Shown: positions 20,574-29,680, numbered from the stretch's first letter. The stretch: DNA of 52,168 nucleotides from an uncultured Candidatus Saccharibacteria bacterium (GCA_964456475.1 CAYVZI010000002.1:52659-104826); one strand, 5' to 3'. The notes: generated from the letters alone by a model not told the origin. Made by a program: numbers and translations.

Positions 20574-20765
20574 TCAGGTTGGTATTTTTAGATTTTTTAG
20601 ATGTTTACGGTACGCTATAACTGCTAGGTAGAGCCACGCGATCACTTTAATAACTACTAAAATAAATACGGTCCCCATTTGTAATGGTGAATGAACGATT
20701 ACGGGACCATCAAAGCCATACGCAATAATACGACCTTCACTGCCAAACAAGAATAGATAATGCAT
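20574..20765 (-). CDS. Putative small membrane protein
   Basis: MHYLFLFGSEGRIIAYG...VFILVVIKVIAWLYLAVIAYRKH, hydrophobic helix with basic tail. Confidence 0.4.
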   Translation of the reverse strand: MHYLFLFGSEGRIIAYGFDGPVIVHSPLQMGTVFILVVIKVIAWLYLAVIAYRKHLKNLKIPT

Positions 20766-20842
20766 AAAGAATAATTTAGATCTTAAATATACAAGCGAAA
20801 CGTAATATTGTCCAGTGCGCAAAATTCTGCTATAGTATCCGG

Positions 20843-20868
20843 GTCATCCTCGACCTGATCGAGGATCC
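20843..20868. repeat. REP-like palindrome (GTCATC-hairpin-GATCC family)
   Basis: gtcatc-ctcga-cctga-tcgag-gatcc; compensatory variant of the copies at 42911, 46589 and 51181. Confidence 0.75.
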
Positions 20869-20937
20869 AGGTCTGAATTCCTTTATTCGTATTAAAAAGC
20901 TTGAAAGCTGTAAAGCTTGAAAGCTGTAAAGCTTCCC

Positions 20938-21528
20938 ATGCTTATCCCAACAGTTATAGAAAAATCACAATTCGGCGAGCGTGCGTACGACATCTACTCA
21001 CGCCTTCTTCGCGAACGCATCATCTTCCTTGGTGGCCCTATCGATGACCATATGGCCAATCTGGTCATCGCTCAACTCCTTTTCCTTGAAAACGAAGACC
21101 CAAAAAAGGACATCAAACTCTACATCAACTCTCCAGGAGGATCAGTCAGTTCCACACTCGCCATGGTTGACACGATGAATCACATCAAATGCGATGTCTC
21201 AACAGTGTGTGTAGGTATGGCCGCTTCTGGTGGCGCACTTCTACTTTCAGCAGGAACTAAAGGCAAGCGTTTTATTCTCCCTCATGCCGAGGTAATGATT
21301 CACCAAGTTCTCTCTGGTGTCGAAGGTCAAGGAACCGATATTGAAATCGGCGCGCGTCATATCCTCCGAACCAAAGCAACCCTCAACCAAATACTTGCAA
21401 AAAATACCGGCAAGACCGCCGCTCAAGTAGAAAAAGATACAGAACGAGACAATTGGATGTCTCCTGATGAAGCAAAAAAATACGGCATCGTCGACGAAAT
21501 CATCGTCAAATCAAAATCTGGAAAATAG
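20938..21528 (+). CDS. clpP: ATP-dependent Clp protease proteolytic subunit
   Basis: [46 protein letters not shown]. Confidence 0.98.
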   Translation: MLIPTVIEKSQFGERAYDIYSRLLRERIIFLGGPIDDHMANLVIAQLLFLENEDPKKDIKLYINSPGGSVSSTLAMVDTMNHIKCDVSTVCVGMAASGGALLLSAGTKGKRFILPHAEVMIHQVLSGVEGQGTDIEIGARHILRTKATLNQILAKNTGKTAAQVEKDTERDNWMSPDEAKKYGIVDEIIVKSKSGK

Positions 21529-21543
21529 TTCTCTCGTGTCACA

Positions 21544-21575
21544 CAAAAACAAACGCCCAATGGCGTTTGTTTTTG
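21544..21575 (+). terminator. Intrinsic terminator after clpP
   Basis: caaaaacaaacgcc-caat-ggcgtttgtttttg. Confidence 0.8.
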
Positions 21576-21596
21576 TATTGGGGTAAAATCGGAAGT

Positions 21597-23879
21597 ATGA
21601 ATGAGATGGAAAAAATGCTTCTCAGTGGCAATACAACACAAAAGAATATTAATGGAAGCCTTTTAGAAAAAGAAAGGGTAACTCCTATAGCTGAATCAAA
21701 AAACGAGTACAATGAACAAAAAGAACAGCTTCTTGCGTATCTTGAAAAAAAAGAGATTGTTGTATCAAAAAACCCGTACGTCCTAGATATCGACAAATTT
21801 AAAAATATAGTAAAATCCAGAATACAAATAAAGCAGAAATTTTTGAATCAGGATGAAATTATAAATGCCTTAGTTGGAGTAAAGTGCATATCAAAGGCAG
21901 ATATAGAATCCAACAAAACCGAAGATTCCACTTTAATTATAGAAAAACCCCTGCTTAATATACCCACAAATATTGAAGACGTCTTGAAGGGAAACATTGC
22001 TAATCCTGGCTATTTAAATCCTTGGGAGATACAAGAGAATACAAAATGGGATATACGCATTCCTCTTAGCGAAGGCAAAAATACAACCTTGGCGGAAATT
22101 TTTATCGCTCAAAAACTTAATGAACTTGGTGCACACAGAAACAATATGGGCGATTTGGAAATTATCGATCCAGCCAACAACAAACCAAAAAAGATTTCTG
22201 GATATCTTTTTCAAAAGTTAATCAAAGAACTCGGCGGAAAAGAACTGCGTATCCGAACAACACTACCCAATGAAAAAGAATACCAAACAGGCTTTGGATC
22301 AAGGGCTTTTTCTGAAAAAGTTTTACCCAATCTTTTTTCATCAGGAATTTTAAAAAACGAGGATTTTAAAACTATAGGCGGAAGTGCAGTCAGCGAATTA
22401 TACGCCATAAACGAACGGAAATTGGACCCCAAAAGTCCATACATAGGACTATCTGGTAAATATGGTTTTACACGATACTATCTCGGTAGAGACAAAATTG
22501 TCGGAACAAAAACTGAAACAAACGAGTTTATGAGCGTTATACAACTAGATCCAAATACCTTCGGCATTGTCGAAAAACTCCCTGGCAGAAATAGCCGACT
22601 CTTATACACATTCGACGGATTAAATGAGCAAGAAATAGCAAATCTACGAAGCAAGACTTCTGCTAATCTTTTATCAAAAAGTATCGAACCCACAGAAGCA
22701 AAGATTTCTGCATATTCCCTGACCGGTGGCGCAGAAATGAAAAAAAGAATCAGAGAATACAAAATCACAGAATTATTTCCTCAAAAAAAAGATGAGACTA
22801 GTGAAGTGTACGCCACACGACTATCTAATCTTAGTGATACGGATTATGTTTTAAATAATTTTAGAGAGTTTTTTAAGGACGCAAATATTGGGGTCCATAA
22901 CCTGTCTTGGATAGATCAACTTTCCATTGCTAATGCGATTTTGGAAGAAAAAAACAAAAAAAGGCTGGTTTCCTTCGCGTCAGATTATAAACTTGATGGA
23001 GTCAGAACATTTCTTTCCCTCGAACACGGTGGCAAAGAAATGAGTGACAAAATCCTTACGCTTGGTGAAAAATTACCGAGGCAAAACGCTGAATTGTTAT
23101 TCAAAAAATATGGTGAAATCATTGACGAGGTCAACAATGTGGCTGAATACTTTTCTGTATCACTCGCAAAAAATGCCACCCCAGAAATCATCGAACAAAC
23201 AAAGGAACAACTCCTCATTAAAGGCAAAGAAATGCTCGCCTACTATGCCGACCATGCAAAGACATGCGCCGAACAAGAGTGTGTTGATCTCGGCACTGAG
23301 CTCGAGACACGTCTAAAAGATTTAAAAGCATCAGTTGTATTACTTGGTTCTGCAGTCAAAACACTCGTCGAACGCGGTGAGTTCAATCTGCAAGATTTGA
23401 AAGATATCGAAATCTCATACGACGAGCATGGCTTGCAAGAAAAAGACAAAGCGGCAATCAGTGCAATGTCACACGAGAACACAAAACAGTATCCTGAAAA
23501 ACTTCGCGATTATTGGCGTGGTACCGCCGAGCAAGCACTCGAACATCCTGCTCCGGGCGAAACATTCATCAGTGTCAAATACCAAGGCGAAATCGTAGTT
23601 GTCATGCGTGTGATTCCACAAAACGACGGGTCTTTTTATGGTGCATCATTCAACGTCAATCCAAACATTCGTGGGTCACGCATCGGCACCGAACTCATGA
23701 AAGAGGTCATCGACAACTATACGAAACAAGGAGATTTTGTTGCAGATTGTTATGAGCACAATCCGATGCTCGAAAACTACACGGGCAAATTCGGTTTTGA
23801 AATAATCGACACCATCGAAAACTATCACGACACTGGTGCAACAATCAAAAAAATTATTCGTCGAAAGCAGGCGAACTAG
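21597..23879 (+). CDS. Large hypothetical protein with C-terminal GNAT-like acetyltransferase domain
   Basis: YGASFNVNPNIRGSRIGTELM acetyl-CoA binding motif A, then NPMLENYTGKFGFE motif B; N-terminal ~600 aa unassigned. Confidence 0.7.
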   Translation: MNEMEKMLLSGNTTQKNINGSLLEKERVTPIAESKNEYNEQKEQLLAYLEKKEIVVSKNPYVLDIDKFKNIVKSRIQIKQKFLNQDEIINALVGVKCISKADIESNKTEDSTLIIEKPLLNIPTNIEDVLKGNIANPGYLNPWEIQENTKWDIRIPLSEGKNTTLAEIFIAQKLNELGAHRNNMGDLEIIDPANNKPKKISGYLFQKLIKELGGKELRIRTTLPNEKEYQTGFGSRAFSEKVLPNLFSSGILKNEDFKTIGGSAVSELYAINERKLDPKSPYIGLSGKYGFTRYYLGRDKIVGTKTETNEFMSVIQLDPNTFGIVEKLPGRNSRLLYTFDGLNEQEIANLRSKTSANLLSKSIEPTEAKISAYSLTGGAEMKKRIREYKITELFPQKKDETSEVYATRLSNLSDTDYVLNNFREFFKDANIGVHNLSWIDQLSIANAILEEKNKKRLVSFASDYKLDGVRTFLSLEHGGKEMSDKILTLGEKLPRQNAELLFKKYGEIIDEVNNVAEYFSVSLAKNATPEIIEQTKEQLLIKGKEMLAYYADHAKTCAEQECVDLGTELETRLKDLKASVVLLGSAVKTLVERGEFNLQDLKDIEISYDEHGLQEKDKAAISAMSHENTKQYPEKLRDYWRGTAEQALEHPAPGETFISVKYQGEIVVVMRVIPQNDGSFYGASFNVNPNIRGSRIGTELMKEVIDNYTKQGDFVADCYEHNPMLENYTGKFGFEIIDTIENYHDTGATIKKIIRRKQAN

Positions 23880-24654
23880 ACTTTTTTTCTTCTCCAGCAA
23901 CCGGAGTAGAATTTTTCCAATATCCGTCAAAAATAATTTTCATAGTTTCTGCAATTTCTTTGTCTTCAATAATAAGACCCACAATTTTTTCTTTTGAAAA
24001 TGTAAGCATACTCGTCTTGTTATCGTACGTCAAAAGTGCGGTTGGAAATGATTTGACTCCAGAAGCTGTTCGAAACGAAGTGAGTTCAGTTCCCTTTTTT
24101 GCATACTCAGCATTGAAGTCATTATCGGAGACAATCATGCGTTTCTGTATTCCATTCGCAACTCTCTTCTTCAGATGTCGTACTGTCTCCTCAGGAAACT
24201 GGTTCATTGCAAGCTGCATGTCTGTAATCTGGCGAATTTCCTTGTCTACAGAAGGAAGATCCCCCGTTATTTTCAGTATGGCTTCTTCTCCTTCATAAAA
24301 CTGCACGTTTGGCTTACCGGCGATCAGATTGTATTTCGAAGCAAGCGATCCGAGTGAATGCTCGAGCATATCTTTGGCAAGGGCCAATTCTTTTTCCTTA
24401 CGTTCAATATTGCCCATAAGAAGGGACGGATGTCCGGCCACGAACACAGCCACGCTTCCCTCTCCACCCCGCTTCTCTACTAGACCGATAGCCTCAAGCT
24501 GTTCCAAGACCTTGTACGTAAGGCCTCTTTTGATGCCAGTCCAGTCGGCAAGTGCACTTGCTCTCTGTGGCCCCTTGTCCAATAGAGCCTCGTACGTAAG
24601 TGCCTGCTCTTCAGAGAGTCCAGCTTCTATAAGTAGATTGTTGCTGTTTTGCAT
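23854..24654 (-). CDS. TrmB-family HTH transcriptional regulator (copy 1)
   Basis: AGLSEEQALTYEALL..G..ASALA..TGIKRGLTYKVLEQL..IGLV wHTH; PNVQFYEG linker. Confidence 0.88.
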   Translation of the reverse strand: MQNSNNLLIEAGLSEEQALTYEALLDKGPQRASALADWTGIKRGLTYKVLEQLEAIGLVEKRGGEGSVAVFVAGHPSLLMGNIERKEKELALAKDMLEHSLGSLASKYNLIAGKPNVQFYEGEEAILKITGDLPSVDKEIRQITDMQLAMNQFPEETVRHLKKRVANGIQKRMIVSDNDFNAEYAKKGTELTSFRTASGVKSFPTALLTYDNKTSMLTFSKEKIVGLIIEDKEIAETMKIIFDGYWKNSTPVAGEEKKSSSPAFDE

Positions 24655-24676
24655 ATGAATATCGTATCATATTCGT

Positions 24677-24700
24677 CTTTGTCATACAAACATGACAAAG
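24677..24700. promoter_or_regulatory. Palindromic operator candidate upstream of TrmB copy 1
   Basis: ctttgtcat-N6-atgacaaag perfect 9-bp arms. Confidence 0.55.
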
Positions 24701-24767
24701 TGGATAACCTAATTATCCTTATTTATAAAGCTTTTTTAGCGATTTTAGATTAAATAATTATGTTATG

Positions 24768-24796
24768 TTGACAAATCATAATATAAATGCTATAGT
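24768..24796 (+). promoter_or_regulatory. Strong sigma70 promoter driving orphan array 1
   Basis: TTGACA-N17-TATAGT with extended -10 TG. Confidence 0.8.
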
Positions 24797-25390
24797 ATAA
24801 GCAAGAAAGTTCATTGATTAGGTGATTCGAGAAAAGTGCGGAGCAGTGAATGGTCAGGGGAGCCAAAAATCGCCATAACTAAGAACTGCTACGAGGAGAG
24901 CTTCTCTCGCATCATGTTTCCAAGATGGAGGCACAAGAATACAGGCTGGAAACCCATATTACTTCTGCCGTTACCCCATCACATCGGACACCAAACAGAT
25001 CCACCAAGGATTCGTTAGGACATCCAGTGAAAGAAAGAGACTAACCCCCTTTTGCTTTCACAAATGTCTTTGCGAAGGAGCTTCGTAACAAAGAGGAGAG
25101 AGAACTACTTTGAAACGAAGAGTATAGATGAAGGAGAGAGACCTGCACTATAGCAAAGAAGTGAACCTTAAAAACTAAACATGCCCGGAGACAATACTCG
25201 CGAAAGCGTATTATTTACTCCGGCAGATTCTGCACAAAACACAAACCTGTCATTCCGGAGTACACATCCGGAATCCATGCGTATTTTGTTGTGTGTAGAT
25301 ATGTTCCGTAAAGAAATTCGCGGAGTGCATAGTTGTTTTAGTTCTTTCAGAACGCCAGCATGGTTTTCTGAAAGAACTAAAACAAAAAAT

Positions 25391-25579
25391 ATGGAAAAAA
25401 TAATATTCGTAATACTGTTTCTAGTTATAGGGATAGTATTTACTATAGCCTCAATCATGGGGCTATACAAAATATGTAATAGGGTGCCCAGCAAGGCACC
25501 ACCATTCCCCGAAATATACGGGGAAACGAAAATTGGCCGAATTCTGGCCAATATAATATCCCTTGTTATTGGGATATAG
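25391..25579 (+). CDS. Small membrane protein, array 1 ORF1
   Basis: MEKIIFVILFLVIGIVFTIASIMGLYK..., ATG follows a 20-bp stem and A-rich tract. Confidence 0.6.
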   Translation: MEKIIFVILFLVIGIVFTIASIMGLYKICNRVPSKAPPFPEIYGETKIGRILANIISLVIGI

Positions 25580-25680
25580 GCGTTCATTGTTTGCTTTAAT
25601 ATTTAGCAGTATAGCAATGAACATTTGTCCCCGGATGACACAAACTGCCGGCGGTCTGATTTCTGCGAGAAGAAATCGAT

Positions 25681-25763
25681 GGGTAAAAAGGGTAAACATA
25701 TTCCCCGATTGGAAACAATCGGGGCCTTATTCAGCTCACGAAATTTTCGTTGGCTGATTGGGA
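25681..25763 (+). repeat. Intergenic module A (partial: hairpins 1 and 2)
   Basis: ccccgattg/caatcgggg then cttattcagctcacgaa..tcgttggctgattggga. Confidence 0.85.
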
Positions 25764-25859
25764 GGAAAGCCAAAATGTGCAAGCCTGTCGTGTACCGCGC
25801 CGACATAAAAAAAGCGGGATAGTAATACGTGTGCGAAGATCAGTACCACACTTACTCGA

Positions 25860-26690
25860 ATGGAAAGCAACTCGATATATTGCTTTTGCGGCGCCATGTC
25901 CAAGAAAAATACATGGCAACAATTCCGAGGCTCTCATATCGGGAGGTCAAACCAAACCCAGGCTCGGCTGGTGATTTTATTTATGACACAGTCATCAAAT
26001 ATTTTCGGAAAAAAAGTAGTTATTAGTAAAAAATCCCAAGAAATTGGGAGATATGTTAATTACAAAATTCAAATCGGGAGCGACGACCCGATTTTTGTTT
26101 CGAAGGATGCCGCCCGACAAGGACGGTGGTCCTTCGACACAAAAAGTTTTTTCAAAGGGGGTTCTTCCCCTTTGGACCAAGACGAATTGGAGATCATTCT
26201 CCAATTCGTAAAATTCTTAATCGTCTTCCAAGCGTATGAGTATACGCTTGGAACAAGGAGGAATTTCCTCCTGTCAGTAGAGACCACTGGGGTCGAAAAG
26301 GCCTCCGACGGTTACCATGACTTTGACTACCGAAAGGAAGTTAAGCTGGAGTCGGTAAACTCCAATTGGGGCAGCCGCTCCGCAATGAGTATCTACGCCC
26401 AATTCGACGGTCATGTGACCAACGAAGGAGGCAATCAATTGTTGGAGCGGTATTATTCGGCTCCAATACCTTTTATCAATATGACGCTTCAGGCAACTGA
26501 AGAGTCAATGATACGAAGGCTCGGTGAGCCAATCGGTCAAATGGAAATCTTTAACCCTCGGCCGAGGGAAAAGGAATACATTGAAAACTTCGGCACGGCC
26601 GAAGTAATTGATGGAAACAACCCGCTGGCAACGGCGTGGTTTGTTTTAAAAATTTTGCCAACATACTATATGTTGGCAAATATGAGGTAG
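25860..26690 (+). CDS. Hypothetical protein, array 1 ORF2 (start may be 25986)
   Basis: 276-aa open frame; family not recognised. Confidence 0.6.
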   Translation: MESNSIYCFCGAMSKKNTWQQFRGSHIGRSNQTQARLVILFMTQSSNIFGKKVVISKKSQEIGRYVNYKIQIGSDDPIFVSKDAARQGRWSFDTKSFFKGGSSPLDQDELEIILQFVKFLIVFQAYEYTLGTRRNFLLSVETTGVEKASDGYHDFDYRKEVKLESVNSNWGSRSAMSIYAQFDGHVTNEGGNQLLERYYSAPIPFINMTLQATEESMIRRLGEPIGQMEIFNPRPREKEYIENFGTAEVIDGNNPLATAWFVLKILPTYYMLANMR

Positions 26691-26846
26691 GGGTTTAGGG
26701 TTACAAAAAAAATGGCTCCGATTTTCTAATCGGAGCCCTTATTCAGTTCACGAAGCAATTCGTTGGCTGATAGGGATTCATACCTAGAATTTTGGTTCAC
26801 TTAGTTTTTCAATTTTGGAAAGTTAAGTGAACCAAAATTTAATAAA
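26691..26846 (+). repeat. Intergenic module B (hairpins 1, 2, 3)
   Basis: ggctccgatt/aatcggagcc; cttattcag..ctgatagg; aattttggttcactta/taagtgaaccaaaatt directly before ATG. Confidence 0.9.
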
Positions 26847-27071
26847 ATGTTGATCAGAAAAATCCACCTGTATAAGGTGGAACACCGCTACCACCATAGT
26901 GTAGCGGGATATTTAAATGGGCCGAGATCCTATTGGACAGCCCTGAAACCCGACCTCAGCCGGGTGTACGTAGTTGAGGAAAAAAACGACACCCTCGTAA
27001 GAGGGTGGGTTTGGTTTGTATTTGGGGCACTAGCCTCAGGCGCTGTTTGCTTTTTGACAGCAAACATCTAA
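26847..27071 (+). CDS. Small protein with C-terminal TM helix, array 1 ORF3
   Basis: 74 aa, ends WVWFVFGALASGAVCFLTANI. Confidence 0.6.
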   Translation: MLIRKIHLYKVEHRYHHSVAGYLNGPRSYWTALKPDLSRVYVVEEKNDTLVRGWVWFVFGALASGAVCFLTANI

Positions 27072-27162
27072 CCATCTGTCACCGAATGACATTAACTGCC
27101 GGCGCGTATTCTGAAATTGCGAGAAGTGAGTAAGAAAAGTACAAACTCAAAAATTTATTGTG

Positions 27163-27696
27163 ATGAACAAGAAAATTTTTAGTTTTGATGCCGAGACCAA
27201 CGGTCTTTGGGGCCGGGCGTTTTCGATTGCCGCTATCGTCTATGACGAGAACGGTGCGGAGACGATCCGCTTCATTGGCCGGTGTCCAATCGAAGGCGAA
27301 ACAAACAGCTGGGTAGCTGAAAATGTTTTGCCAAAGATGATGGACATCGCCGAGTCTCACGGCTCGTATGATGAACTGCTAAAAGCTTTTGCGGATTTTT
27401 ACAAATCCAACAAAGCCGATGCAGATATCATTGTGCATATGGGCGTGCCTGTGGAGTCAACACTTCTCAAGGATACTCATAGCCGTGGGTATATCGGCGA
27501 TTGGGACGGTCCGTTCCCCCTCATCGACATTGCAGGCAATCTGCAACAAGCCGGTGAGAATCCTACTTCAGTCGACGAATACGTCGCCAAGTATGGATTG
27601 GAGGTGCGCGATTTTGGCACGACACACAACCCGCTGTATGACAGCGAAGTTGCTGCAGTAGTGTATCGCCACCTTCAGGGACGGATTACTCAGTAA
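27163..27696 (+). CDS. DnaQ-like DEDDh 3'-5' exonuclease
   Basis: FSFDAETNG ExoI, PLIDI, THNPLYD ExoIII. Confidence 0.8.
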   Translation: MNKKIFSFDAETNGLWGRAFSIAAIVYDENGAETIRFIGRCPIEGETNSWVAENVLPKMMDIAESHGSYDELLKAFADFYKSNKADADIIVHMGVPVESTLLKDTHSRGYIGDWDGPFPLIDIAGNLQQAGENPTSVDEYVAKYGLEVRDFGTTHNPLYDSEVAAVVYRHLQGRITQ

Positions 27697-27762
27697 TCGG
27701 TCAGGCATTTGAGTGAGACTCCGAGCATGATACCAGCTTGGGAACAGAAGGTATCACAATAA

Positions 27763-27920
27763 GGGGTTACGGGTTATCGTATTTCCCCGATTGAGTAATC
27801 AATCGGGGCCTTATTCAGCCCACGAAATTTTCGTGGGCTGATAGGGATTGCTTACTTTCTGGTTGTTTTAGTTTTTTCAGAATGCCTAATTGGTTCTTTG
27901 AGAAAACTAAAACAACAAAA
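27763..27920 (+). repeat. Intergenic module C (hairpins 1, 2, 3)
   Basis: ccccgattg/caatcgggg; cttattcagcccacgaa/ttcgtgggctgatagg; gttgttttagtttt/aaaactaaaacaac before ATG. Confidence 0.9.
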
Positions 27921-28202
27921 ATGAAAGAAAGATCAATGAGCGAACTTGAATTCGCTCAGATAGTTTTTGAAAATGGGCTCTTTCTAGAGAGTCCATTAAA
28001 TTCAAAATCCTTTATGGCAGAAAATGCCACAGAGGAGAGCAAGGTGACTGAGAAACATGGGTGCTTCTCGTTTATGGGATCAATATACTTGATCTCATTC
28101 TCGGTTTCCTACGGGGAACCGAGTAAATCATGCAATCCCAGCAGTGGGTATTGCAAGGAGACAAAAATAATATCCGAGATTACCCGGATTATTTTACCCT
28201 AA
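27921..28202 (+). CDS. Hypothetical protein, array 1 ORF5
   Basis: 93-aa ORF starting MKERSMSELEF after module C. Confidence 0.55.
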   Translation: MKERSMSELEFAQIVFENGLFLESPLNSKSFMAENATEESKVTEKHGCFSFMGSIYLISFSVSYGEPSKSCNPSSGYCKETKIISEITRIILP

Positions 28203-28358
28203 GGGTTACTATGGTTTAAAAAACGGCCGAACAGAATATCGTTCGGCCTCTTATTCAGTCCGCGAAGCAATTCGTTGGCTGATAGGAATTCATACCTATA
28301 ATTTTAGTTCACTTAGTTTTTCAAGTTTGGAATATTAAGTGAACTAAAATTCAAAAAT
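28203..28358 (+). repeat. Intergenic module D (hairpins 1, 2, 3)
   Basis: ggccgaac/gttcggcc; cttattcag..ctgatagg; aattttagttcactta/taagtgaactaaaatt before ATG; closely similar to module B. Confidence 0.9.
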
Positions 28359-28544
28359 ATGAAAAACACAAAGCAACTTAAAAACGCGGCTTACAATGCT
28401 GCGTATGAAATTATTTCCTCAAGTTATTTTTTTGAGGGAACAAAAATTTTGGCTATGAAAGTAGCCAAAGATACAGGTTACAGGTATTGGTACAGCCAAT
28501 ACTTAAAAGCCTACTACGATTGCAGGCGAGAAAATGCCTCGTAG
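28359..28544 (+). CDS. Small Tyr-rich hypothetical protein, array 1 ORF6
   Basis: 61-aa ORF immediately after module D, followed by gggttgggtta and a terminator-like hairpin. Confidence 0.55.
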   Translation: MKNTKQLKNAAYNAAYEIISSSYFFEGTKILAMKVAKDTGYRYWYSQYLKAYYDCRRENAS

Positions 28545-28761
28545 GGTTGGGTTAATATATTTGAGGGGAAGTAGTTCCCCTCTCTTCACTCGCGCTTCTT
28601 CTGAAGCTGTGTGTCATTCCACAAAAGTTTCCTAAAGGAAACTTTTGTGGAACAAATCTCTCTCCTCGCACATAGTATCAATCTATATTCAAGGAGCGCG
28701 AATGAAGAGAAGTATAAAACAATAGAAAAAAAGCCGTTGCGATTCGCAACGGCTTTTTGTT

Positions 28762-29304
28762 TTATAAAAATATTTTTACGTGGTGCCAAATGGCAAAAGG
28801 ATTCATTGCGCAGTGCCAGAGCCAAACATCGACATTTTCGCCTGTATCATTTTTTGTCGTAAACAAACGAGCATGCATGGTGACCGACACATACTCATCA
28901 TGAAATGATGTATAGCCAATTATGTTCGGCAATCCATACCTTAGCAAATCTCCTTTCCCGTTTCCTGGTTGAGCCCTACCGAGGACACTTGCTCGCCAAA
29001 TAATTGATTCGTAGTTCGGAAAATGCGTTCCAAAATTCACAGCGCCCGTGTTCCAATCTTTTATTTGTCCACAAATCTCTTTGTCACTCATTACTTTTTC
29101 GTCATACAAGGTACCGTGCAGGTCTTCAGTTTCCATTATTTTGAACGGTGTGCGTTTGTCTACAAAACTTGCAAAGTCTTCACTGAGACTAAAAATGTGT
29201 GCTGGAAATAGCTTCTCGGCATTCCAAGGCTCAAAAACAGAAGGTATGTGGGTGATTTTTCCATTTTTCCCTGCGTTTATAACAACACTCGATTCATTGA
29301 TCAT
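28762..29304 (-). CDS. Hypothetical protein
   Basis: 180-aa ORF with protein-like composition; family not recognised. Confidence 0.6.
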   Translation of the reverse strand: MINESSVVINAGKNGKITHIPSVFEPWNAEKLFPAHIFSLSEDFASFVDKRTPFKIMETEDLHGTLYDEKVMSDKEICGQIKDWNTGAVNFGTHFPNYESIIWRASVLGRAQPGNGKGDLLRYGLPNIIGYTSFHDEYVSVTMHARLFTTKNDTGENVDVWLWHCAMNPFAIWHHVKIFL

Positions 29305-29555
29305 AAGCGGTCATTTTAGAAAGGTGAAATTTACTTATTTTTACTCCTCTTACAGACGGCTGTCAAACTTACCTCTTCTTTCTCGACATTATCAAGATAT
29401 TCTGGTATTCTGAAAATATCGAACTTTAATATATTAGTTTGCCCGTTCGTATAGAAAAAGCCTTGTTTGTCACTCAAACCATTATGAAATTCGGAACTTC
29501 CCTTTGTGCCTTCAATAGCAATCCTGTCATCTTGATTCGAATCAATCGAGCTTTT

Positions 29556-29680
29556 TAGAAATTTCAGAGACGAGTACAGTTCAAGGCGTAAGCGAGGCTT
29601 GCGACCAAGGTGTAGTAATCCTACTCCGCGGGAGCAAACGAGCGAAACAACGAAGAAATGTGCCGTATATGAAATTTCTA
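29556..29680 (+). repeat. 125-bp structured dispersed repeat, copy 2 (rny leader)
   Basis: Perfect 11-bp terminal arms tagaaatttca/tgaaatttcta; colinear with the other copies. Confidence 0.9.

Noticed and set aside
25622-25680. HDV-like ribozyme on the minus strand (ttctcgc loop word)
   Set aside because: No P1/P1.1/P2 pairing partners found, and the flanking stem is not conserved in the second copy.
25681-28358. CRISPR array
   Set aside because: Repeats are about 155 bp, divergent and separated by whole ORFs of variable length; no cas genes in the window.
25333-28585. Classical integron (attC array)
   Set aside because: No RYYYAAC/GTTRRRY core pairs recognised at module ends. The only tyrosine recombinase is 16 kb away, looks like housekeeping Xer and lacks an obvious IntI-specific insertion.
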